A stretch of 64,000 nucleotides of DNA from Nibricoccus sp. (lineage in GTDB: Bacteria; Verrucomicrobiota; Verrucomicrobiia; Opitutales; Opitutaceae): positions 2,272,001 to 2,336,000 of the forward strand of contig JASGHG010000001.1 of NCBI GenBank assembly GCA_047602425.1. The letters run 5' to 3'. A program made the translations under genes and the position numbers. The notes below the pieces were generated by a model. It was not told the origin of the DNA. It worked only from the letters and a program-made list of their open reading frames with translations, and did not search any database. Below, in pieces: positions 1 through 7,689 of this stretch. Within the stretch, counting starts at the first letter, position 1. Each line of letters opens with the position of its first letter.

Positions 1-2
1 CA

Positions 3-470
3 GAGGCGGTGGAAGCACTATTCTCGGTTTCCTACACGGCGAAATTCATGATCAAAAAGGGCCCGCGGAAAATCGACTACGCGGTCATGCCGCTGGAGGG
101 CCTCTGGTGGGCGGACGACATGTCGGTTTTCACATCCGGTGAAAAAGCGAAATGGAAATGGACCATAATGATCATGCAGCCGGATTTTGTGAGCAAGGAA
201 ACGGTCGATGCTGCGTTGGCCGAAGTGCGAAAAAAGAAGGACCTTCCTGGTGTTGATCGGTTGCGGTACGAAAAATTTGCCGAAGGTCGCTGCGCGCAAG
301 TCATGCACATCGGACCATTTTCAGAGGAGGGGCCGACCATTGTCCGCCTGCATGAATTTATCGACGCCCGCTCCTCCCGGACGGGAAAGCACCACGAGAT
401 CTACCTCAGTGACATACGTCGCGCCAACCCCAGCCGCTGGAAAACAATTCTTCGCCAGCCGATGAAATGA
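3..470 (+). CDS. GyrI-like small-molecule-binding domain protein (5' end outside window)
   Basis: Frame is open to the left edge. Motifs PLEGLWW, W-W-MI-QP, H-GPFSEE and HHEIYLSD-RR are typical of this GyrI-like family. Confidence 0.8.
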   Translation, partial: EAVEALFSVSYTAKFMIKKGPRKIDYAVMPLEGLWWADDMSVFTSGEKAKWKWTIMIMQPDFVSKETVDAALAEVRKKKDLPGVDRLRYEKFAEGRCAQVMHIGPFSEEGPTIVRLHEFIDARSSRTGKHHEIYLSDIRRANPSRWKTILRQPMK

Positions 471-543
471 CAGCCATTTTCCGGCCAAGCCGTAGAATCG
501 GGCGTGCGTTGAAAGCGGTTTCAGTTTTGGCTCGGGGCCAAGC

Positions 544-1350
544 ATGGCCTTTGTTCACTCTCATCACCCGGTTACACCGACCGCCACCGATATTCTTTTT
601 GTGATTCAAGGGGATCGCCTGCTCGCGCGGCTCGACACGGCTGGCGCGCTGCAATTGCCAGACTTTAACGCCGGCCAGGCTTGGCTTCCGGCCGAACGCC
701 AACCGCTAGGTCAGCTCGACGGAAAAACGTGCTGGTCATGCAGCATCGCCGACGCGAACAAGCTGCCTCTTGCCGGTTGGGAATGGTTTGAGACGCGCAG
801 TTTGCTTTCGGTGTTCGCGCCCGGGCAGTTGCAGGCCGTCAGCTGTGCGCGCGAGCTCCATTGGTGGCAGGCGCGGAATCGTTTTTGCGGATGCTGTGGC
901 GCACCGACGGTCGATGTTGCAACAGAACGCGCGAAAAAATGTCCGCAGTGCGCCGCGGTGTTTTTCCCCAACGCTTCGCCCGCCGTCATCGTGGCGGTGA
1001 CGCGTGGCGACGAGATCTTGCTCGCGCATAATCGGAATTTTCGGCCCGGCATGTTCAGCCTGCTGGCGGGCTTCGTCGATCCGGGTGAAACGCTGGAACA
1101 GGCGGCATCGCGCGAAGTGCGGGAAGAAGTCGGCGTGGAAATCGGCGAACTCCGCTACATTTCGAGCCAGCCGTGGCCGTTTCCGAATTCATTGATGCTT
1201 GGCTTCCGAGCGCAGTACCTTGGTGGCGAACTGACCGTCGACGGCAAAGAAATCGAAGAAGCCCGTTGGTTCACGCGCGATCAACTTCCCGAAATCCCGC
1301 GTCCTGGCACAGTGGCTCGATCAATCATCGACGCTTGGCTGAAGGAATAA
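544..1350 (+). CDS. nudC: NAD(+) diphosphatase (NADH pyrophosphatase)
   Basis: Zn ribbon (FCGCCG...CPQC), Nudix box GFVDPGETLEQAASREVREEVG and NudC signature SQPWPFPNS. Confidence 0.93.
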   Translation: MAFVHSHHPVTPTATDILFVIQGDRLLARLDTAGALQLPDFNAGQAWLPAERQPLGQLDGKTCWSCSIADANKLPLAGWEWFETRSLLSVFAPGQLQAVSCARELHWWQARNRFCGCCGAPTVDVATERAKKCPQCAAVFFPNASPAVIVAVTRGDEILLAHNRNFRPGMFSLLAGFVDPGETLEQAASREVREEVGVEIGELRYISSQPWPFPNSLMLGFRAQYLGGELTVDGKEIEEARWFTRDQLPEIPRPGTVARSIIDAWLKE

Positions 1351-1393
1351 TCCCTTCACCAATCCTCTGCCGGTGAGGAAGCTTCCCCAGAAG

Positions 1394-1417
1394 TTTGTCA
1401 CGTATTGCGTGGCAATT
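1394..1417. repeat. Degenerate palindromic REP-like element
   Basis: TTTGTCACG-TATTG-CGTGGCAA, an imperfect copy of the palindrome at 1461-1487. Confidence 0.6.
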
Positions 1418-1460
1418 TGGTGGTTTTGCCCTCGTGTATTAATGGTTAAAAAGGGCTATA

Positions 1461-1487
1461 GATTTGTCACGTAATACGTGACAAATC
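1461..1487. repeat. Palindromic REP-like element
   Basis: GATTTGTCACGTA-A-TACGTGACAAATC: perfect 13-bp arms with a 1-nt centre. Confidence 0.8.
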
Positions 1488-1653
1488 CCGAGCTGACCAT
1501 GCTGGAGAAGGGAAGCCGACGCGGGGTTGGATAAGGGAGCCGATGAAATTTTTGGAAATGGGCGAAGTTTCGATTGATTTAACGTTAATTCAGGGCATTT
1601 TGATCGGACCCTGCCCAAGCCCCCGTCTGATATTGCGCTCCGCGCCAGCCCCG

Positions 1654-2994
1654 ATGATTCCTTCCAATCCCGATTCTGCTCCGGTTGCCGTGCCTCCAAA
1701 AAAACCGGTCCACTTGCTGATGTGGGTGCCGACGTTGTACCTGGCAATGGGTTTGCCTAATGTCACCGTCGGCGCCGTTGCCGCGATCATGTATAAAAAC
1801 ATGGGCGTTTCGACGGAGGACATCGCGATCTACACGAGTCAGCTTTATCTGCCGTGGGTTTTGAAACCACTGTGGTCCCCGTTTTTGGAACCATTTCGCA
1901 CCAAAGGTTTTTGGGTAGTCGCAATGGAGTTCGTCATGATGGCCTCGTTGGGACTGGTGGCATTTTCGCTGCCGATCCCGGGATTCTTTGCAATGTCGCT
2001 GGCATTTTTCTGGATCACCGGTTTTGCCTCCGCGACGCAGGATATAGTTGCGGACGGCGTATTCATGACCACGGCATCGCTCAAGGATCAGGCGCGTTAC
2101 TCCGGTCTGCAGGGCATGTGCTGGAATATGGGGGCGGTGATTGCGTCGGGTGTGTTGGTTTCGTTGACCGGCAAGATGCACGACGAATGGGGACTTTCGT
2201 GGCAACAAAGTTGGATGATCATCATGGGATTGGTTGCGGTAGTGATGGGGCTGTTTGGCGTCTGGCATATTCGCGTGCTGCCGCCCGGTGAGATTTCGCC
2301 GATGCAGGGACACGGCATAAAAGCGGCGTTTCACTCGCTCGAAGAAACCTGGGTAACATTTTTCAAGAAACCGCAAATTTGGTTCATGATCGTGGTCGTA
2401 TTTTTCTACCGCTTTGGCGAAGGCTTCATCGAGAAACTGGGGCCGATTTTTCTGCTGGATAGTCGTGTGGCGGGCGGATTGGGGCTCAGCAATCAGATCC
2501 AAGGAATGATCAATGGTTCGGTTGGCACGATTGCATTCATAACGGGCGCGTTTCTCGGTGGATTTCTCGCCGCTAAAATGACGCTGCGACGTTCATTTTT
2601 CATTCTGGCGCTCTCGCTCAATATCCCGCACTTGACGTATTTCTATCTAAGCCACGCGTTGCCGACGGATCACTCGTGGATTGCGATAATTGTCGTTATA
2701 GAAAAGTTCGGTTTCGGGATGGGTTCGGTTGGCCATATGCTCTATATGATGCAGCAGATCGCGCCGGGAAATTTCCGCATGAGCCACTATGCTTTTGCGA
2801 CGGGAATCATGGCGGCGACCAAATGGCTCACCGGGTGGATCAGCGGTCCGATTTTTGCCCATTATCTGGATCATAATTACGCCAAGTTTTTCACCTTTGT
2901 TCTTTTCGCTTCGATACCGCCAGTGATCCTGGCGTTTGTTGCGCCGTTCCCTCACAAATATGACGACCAAGCCGCGGGGCCAACGGGTCACTGA
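1654..2994 (+). CDS. MFS transporter, AmpG-like
   Basis: Many hydrophobic helices; motifs LPWVLKPLWSP and SATQDIVADG match AmpG/PAT-type permeases. Start is uncertain (ORF track begins at 1543; ATG 1654 preferred). Confidence 0.8.
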   Translation: MIPSNPDSAPVAVPPKKPVHLLMWVPTLYLAMGLPNVTVGAVAAIMYKNMGVSTEDIAIYTSQLYLPWVLKPLWSPFLEPFRTKGFWVVAMEFVMMASLGLVAFSLPIPGFFAMSLAFFWITGFASATQDIVADGVFMTTASLKDQARYSGLQGMCWNMGAVIASGVLVSLTGKMHDEWGLSWQQSWMIIMGLVAVVMGLFGVWHIRVLPPGEISPMQGHGIKAAFHSLEETWVTFFKKPQIWFMIVVVFFYRFGEGFIEKLGPIFLLDSRVAGGLGLSNQIQGMINGSVGTIAFITGAFLGGFLAAKMTLRRSFFILALSLNIPHLTYFYLSHALPTDHSWIAIIVVIEKFGFGMGSVGHMLYMMQQIAPGNFRMSHYAFATGIMAATKWLTGWISGPIFAHYLDHNYAKFFTFVLFASIPPVILAFVAPFPHKYDDQAAGPTGH

Positions 2995-3020
2995 GCAATT
3001 TTATATCGAAAGCGTTTACG

Positions 3021-5279
3021 ATGCCCCGCCGCACATTTTTCATCTTCGCCGGCCTCGGCTTGGGGCTTTTATTCGCGAGTAAAATGGTTGGAGCGGACGA
3101 AGCTTACCTCTGGCGAAATGTTGCGATTGGCGGTGGCGGTTTTGTGACCGGTGTGGAATTTCTTCCGACTGAGCGGGGTCTGGCCTATGCTCGAACGGAT
3201 GTTGGTGGAGCCTATCGGTGGGATGAAGCGGTTGCGCGCTGGACGCCGCTGCTCGATGGGCTGGGGCAGCCCGAGTGGAACTGGCAGGGCGTCGAGAGCA
3301 TCGCCATCGATCCTACGGACGCGAACCGTGTCTATCTTGCAGTCGGCACTTACACTTTGCCGGTGCCGGAGGTGAGCAACGGTGCGATTTTTCGTTCCCA
3401 TGATCGAGGCGCGACGTGGGCCATCGCAAAGTTACCCTTCAAACTCGGCGCCAACGAATCCGGCCGGGGCAGTGGCGAGCGATTGATCGTCGATCCTAAT
3501 TTTCCCTCTTTGATCTATTTCGGCACGCGACGCGATGGTCTTTGGCAAAGCAAAGATCGCGGTGAAACATGGGGACGGATGCCGGGTTGGCCAGATATTC
3601 CAGACGATAGCATTAAATACCGGCAGGAACCGGGTGGGCGCTACAATCCGCTCGCTCAGGCGGTGGGCCTTCTCTGGGTGCGTATCGATCGTTCCAGCGG
3701 CAAGGCGGGCGAACCCACGCCGGTCGTTTACGCCGCGATTTCCCGCGTGGGCGAAAGTATTTTCCGCAGTGTCGATGCGGGCAAAACCTGGGCGCCGTTG
3801 CCGAACCAACCGACAGCGTTTCGTCCCACCAACGCGGCGCTGGCGCCTGACGGCACGCTCTATATATCGTATGCTGACGAGCCGGGCCCCTCCCGCATGC
3901 GCGATGGAGCGGTCTGGAAATTTGAGCCGAAAAGTGGCGCATGGACGGAAATTACGCCGGAGAAACCCTCGACGCCGGATTATACTTTTGGTTACGCTGG
4001 CGTGTGTGTTGACCCGTCCGATTCGAACACGCTGCTTGTGACAACGTGGAATCGTCGCGAACCATGCGACGAGATTTTTCGCAGCACCGACGGTGGCAAA
4101 ACCTGGGCACCACTCATGGCGACGGCGACGTGGGATCACTCGGCGGCGCCGTACACATCGACGATGAGCCACCACTGGATGAGCGATCCGGAGATCGATC
4201 CGTTCAACCGCGACCGCATCGTTTTCAACACCGGCTATGGACTTTGGGCTTCCACGAATGCCACGAAAGCCGGGCCGTCGCAGCCTGCGCACTGGATTTT
4301 TTTCAACAACGGCCTCGAAGAAACCGTGCCGCTCGCGCTGATCAGTCCGCCGGAGGGCGCGCATCTAGTCAGTGGCGTTGGCGATATTGACGGGTTTGTG
4401 CATGACGATTTCGCAGTTTCTCCTCCGAGCGGGCGGTTTTCCGCGCCGGGTTACAAGAACACGGAATGGCTCGACTTCGCGGCTGCCAAGCCTGCGACGA
4501 TCGTGCGGACCGGCACGACTTATCACGACGACCGCATTCTGGCGGCAATTTCCGACGATGGTGGCCACACGTGGACGGGGCTCGCCTCAGAGCCGCCTCA
4601 TCCTAACGACGCCCACAAGTTTACCACGGGACCCATTGCGATTTCAGCTGACGCGAAAACTATCGCTTGGACCCCAAAGGGAAGCGCACCGTTTTTCACC
4701 ACGGACCGGGGAAAGGAGTGGCGCGAGGCGCCCTTACCCACGAATGTCCGCGTGGTGGCCGATCGGGTAGAAGCCGAAACATTTTATGCCTACAACAGTG
4801 TCCAAGGCACCTTGCATGTCAGCACGGACGGAGGACGCAGTTTCGCAAAAACTCAATCGAACCTCGCTTTGCCGCCGCGACGCTTCGGTCATTTCGACTA
4901 CGGCAATCTCACGTCGGTACCTGGCCGTGCGGGAGAATTCTGGCTGGCGACGGGAACGCAGCTTTATCGTTTTACGAAACAAGGCCGCCAAAAGCAGGAT
5001 TTCCCGGATTTTTCGGACGCAATTGCCGTAGGTTTTGGCAAGGCGGCCCCCGGCGCGGAGCATCCGGCGGTATTTGTCGTGGGCAAATACAAGGGTCGCT
5101 ATGGCATTTACCGGTCGGACGATGCCGGTGCCAGCTGGTTGCGTATCACGGACGACGCACATCAATTTGGTTCGGCATCCCGGGTGACAGGCGATCCACG
5201 CGTGTACGGCCGGGTATATTTCTGCACCGGCGGCCGGGGCATCGTCTACGGCGAACGGACTGCAGATTCGCAGAAATAG
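3021..5279 (+). CDS. GH74 xyloglucanase-like beta-propeller glycoside hydrolase
   Basis: W-NV-IGGGGFVTG, YARTDVGGAYRW (catalytic Asp), SGVGDIDGF (second Asp), several S-D-G-TW Asp boxes, C-terminal DPRVYGRVY-TGGRG. N-terminal RRTFF plus hydrophobic stretch resembles a Tat signal. Confidence 0.88.
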   Translation: MPRRTFFIFAGLGLGLLFASKMVGADEAYLWRNVAIGGGGFVTGVEFLPTERGLAYARTDVGGAYRWDEAVARWTPLLDGLGQPEWNWQGVESIAIDPTDANRVYLAVGTYTLPVPEVSNGAIFRSHDRGATWAIAKLPFKLGANESGRGSGERLIVDPNFPSLIYFGTRRDGLWQSKDRGETWGRMPGWPDIPDDSIKYRQEPGGRYNPLAQAVGLLWVRIDRSSGKAGEPTPVVYAAISRVGESIFRSVDAGKTWAPLPNQPTAFRPTNAALAPDGTLYISYADEPGPSRMRDGAVWKFEPKSGAWTEITPEKPSTPDYTFGYAGVCVDPSDSNTLLVTTWNRREPCDEIFRSTDGGKTWAPLMATATWDHSAAPYTSTMSHHWMSDPEIDPFNRDRIVFNTGYGLWASTNATKAGPSQPAHWIFFNNGLEETVPLALISPPEGAHLVSGVGDIDGFVHDDFAVSPPSGRFSAPGYKNTEWLDFAAAKPATIVRTGTTYHDDRILAAISDDGGHTWTGLASEPPHPNDAHKFTTGPIAISADAKTIAWTPKGSAPFFTTDRGKEWREAPLPTNVRVVADRVEAETFYAYNSVQGTLHVSTDGGRSFAKTQSNLALPPRRFGHFDYGNLTSVPGRAGEFWLATGTQLYRFTKQGRQKQDFPDFSDAIAVGFGKAAPGAEHPAVFVVGKYKGRYGIYRSDDAGASWLRITDDAHQFGSASRVTGDPRVYGRVYFCTGGRGIVYGERTADSQK

Positions 5280-5313
5280 TTAAGGCTCCCTCAGTTTTTG
5301 GCAGAGATTCTCT

Positions 5314-5447
5314 GCAACCCAGAGTAACCTATTAGGTTACTCTGGCTGGGTCATCCTCTCGGTTTCTTTCCTACTTACCTGGGTAACGGAGCCTTTTGCC
5401 GTGGAAACCTCGCGGGAAGAGTAACCTAATAGGTTACTCTGGGTTGC
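5314..5447. repeat. REPIN/MITE-like element with perfect 30-bp inverted repeats
   Basis: 5314-5343 GCAACCCAGAGTAACCTATTAGGTTACTCT is the exact reverse complement of 5418-5447. Each arm is itself internally palindromic; spacer 74 bp. Confidence 0.8.
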
Positions 5448-5500
5448 GGACGGCGGATCCTAGGAGCAACGGCGAGATGCGCCGGAGGAGGCGAATCAGT

Positions 5501-6262
5501 TTACAGGCCCAGGCGTTGGCGGAAGAGGCGGGATTGGCGGCGGGACATTTCCACGATTTTGTTGCCGGGCAATTTCACGCGGAGCGAGCCGCTAAACCAA
5601 GGTTCCACCGACTCGATGCAGCGGAGATTGATGATTTGTGAACGACTGGCGCGGAAAAAGATGTCGGCGGGCAGACGGTTTTCGAGCTGGGCCAAGGTCC
5701 GGTGAATGTAAGGCTCGGTGCCCTCAAGCCAAAGGCGGGCATGATTGCCATCGGCTTCAACGCCGCGGATCGATTCGACGGGCACAAACCAGCAACGGTC
5801 GCCATCGCGCACGAAAACTTTTTCCCCGAGTTTGAGGGGTGTATCGGGCGGTTCGGCTTCGTCGTCGCCGCCATTCGCCGATTCGACTTCAATGGGTGGC
5901 CGGCTGCCGGATTGCGCGCGGCTGGCGCGTTCGAGCGCCTCATTGAGCCGTTCTGGCTCGATGGGTTTCATCAAGTAATCAAGAGCGCCAAATTCGAAAG
6001 CGCGGAGAGCATGTTGATCGAAGGCTGTGGTGAAAATCACGGCAGGTAAGGCTGCACCGAGCGTAGCGAGCAGTTCGAAGCCGTTTTCCTCGGGCATTTG
6101 CACGTCGAGAAAGAGCAACGCCGGTTTCAGCTCGCGGATAAGCTTGCGCGCTTCGTCGGCGTTGGCGGCTTCACCAGCGATTTCAATCTCGGGATGTTTT
6201 TTCAGCAACCGCCGCAGTTCGGAGCGGGCGAGTGGTTCGTCATCGATGAGAAGGGCTTTCAT
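5501..6262 (-). CDS. LytTR-family response regulator
   Basis: Receiver (IDDEPLAR, FLDVQMP, FTTAFD, YLMKP) plus LytTR domain (FFRASRSQIIN, MSRR). Confidence 0.93.
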   Translation of the reverse strand: MKALLIDDEPLARSELRRLLKKHPEIEIAGEAANADEARKLIRELKPALLFLDVQMPEENGFELLATLGAALPAVIFTTAFDQHALRAFEFGALDYLMKPIEPERLNEALERASRAQSGSRPPIEVESANGGDDEAEPPDTPLKLGEKVFVRDGDRCWFVPVESIRGVEADGNHARLWLEGTEPYIHRTLAQLENRLPADIFFRASRSQIINLRCIESVEPWFSGSLRVKLPGNKIVEMSRRQSRLFRQRLGL

Positions 6263-6281
6263 TGGCGAGAGAATCGGAAGT

Positions 6282-6427
6282 GGTTACACAGAGGGCACGA
6301 GAGGTGACACGGAGGTCGCGGAGAATTTTTTGGAAATCTGGATTCGTTCCTTCGCGACTGACGAATTTCAGGTCAACTTGAAGGGCTCTCGTCTCTCTGT
6401 GACTCCCTTTGTGTGCTGCGTGCAACC
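6282..6427. repeat. Imperfect inverted-repeat element between kinase and regulator genes
   Basis: 34-bp arms (6282-6315 and 6394-6427), 22/34 complementary, built from CAC-purine-rich units. Confidence 0.5.
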
Positions 6428-6450
6428 ATTCGAGGTAGGGTGTTTCAGGT

Positions 6451-7536
6451 TTATCCGTGGTGGGAGACAGGGTTGGTGTTGAGCGGCAAATTGACCTCGG
6501 CGATCACGCGGTCGTCTTCCTCGGCGAGGTTGAAGAACGCTTTCTCTCCGTAGAGGAGGTGAAGGCGGTCGCGCAGGTTTTTCAGGCCGGTGCCGGTTGA
6601 ATCGGAGGCGGTGGCGATCCGGCCGGGATTGGTGACGCGAAAACGCAGATGTCCATCGTGCGAACTGGCGGAGTAGACGATCTCGCCACCGAGTTTGCGC
6701 GCGGCGGGGCCAAACTTCACGGCATTTTCCACGAGGCCCTGGAGCATGAGCGGTGGGATTTGCGCGGTTTCTAGCCCGGCTTCGATTTGCGAAGAAACGA
6801 CGAGGCGCGGACCGAGGCGCAGTTTTTCAAGTTCGAGGTAGAGACCGACCACGCGGAGCTCCTCGGAAAGCGGCACAAGTCTGCGTTCCGCGCTGGTGAG
6901 CGAATAGCGCATGATGACGGCGAGGTGGGTGACGGCATCGCGGGCGAGCGCGGGGTTTTCGTCGATGAGGGCGCGGAGGGAGTTGAAGCTGTTGAAGAGA
7001 AAATGCGGGTTGATCTGCCCTTTGAGGGCGTGAAGCTGGGCTTCCTTGGCGGCGGCGGTTGTTTCGGCTTTTTCGAGTTCGAGCTGGCGGGCGCGTTGGA
7101 AATAGTGGATGGCGAGCAGGGCGGAAAACCAGAGAACCGTGACGAGCGCGTGCTGCATCATGATGAAGGCGCGCATGGTGGTGACGCCAATGCGGGCAAA
7201 GTCCTCGGCATAGATTTTCTGACAAGGTGGCCAGACAAGGAACGTCACGAGGAAACTCATGACCATCGCAGCGGCGTAGCCCTCGAGCAGAAGGCTTTTC
7301 CAACCGCGATCGAACAGGCGGCGCCAGAGCATCCATTTCCAGATCAGATGAGAAGCGAAGGCGCTGGCGAGGTGGTCAATGGTTTCCCAGATAAGAGCGG
7401 CGGTCAGGTCGATGTCGGGGCGTTTGGCGCAATAAATCGTCGTTACGATCATGCGAAGCACGTAGAAGACGCCCCAGCCGACAAACTGGGAAAAGATATA
7501 GTATTTATATTCGTTTTTAGAGGAAGCGGACGACAC
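6451..7536 (-). CDS. LytS/YehU-type sensor histidine kinase
   Basis: N-terminal TM helices, LK-QINPHFLFNS-N H-box, PPLMLQ-LVENAVK, GTGLKNLRDRL; GTG start. Confidence 0.92.
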   Translation of the reverse strand: MSSASSKNEYKYYIFSQFVGWGVFYVLRMIVTTIYCAKRPDIDLTAALIWETIDHLASAFASHLIWKWMLWRRLFDRGWKSLLLEGYAAAMVMSFLVTFLVWPPCQKIYAEDFARIGVTTMRAFIMMQHALVTVLWFSALLAIHYFQRARQLELEKAETTAAAKEAQLHALKGQINPHFLFNSFNSLRALIDENPALARDAVTHLAVIMRYSLTSAERRLVPLSEELRVVGLYLELEKLRLGPRLVVSSQIEAGLETAQIPPLMLQGLVENAVKFGPAARKLGGEIVYSASSHDGHLRFRVTNPGRIATASDSTGTGLKNLRDRLHLLYGEKAFFNLAEEDDRVIAEVNLPLNTNPVSHHG

Positions 7537-7689
7537 AGCAGGGTAAGTTGGCTCACAGCCTGCATCCTAACGGCGACCAAGACGAGTTTTTCGCGGCCAC
7601 CGGTCATTTTGACGGCCCATCGGTCGAAAGTGCGGCACAGGGCCGGCAGGCGTGGAAAAAACTCCCGCTTTGGACAAACACTGAAAATC

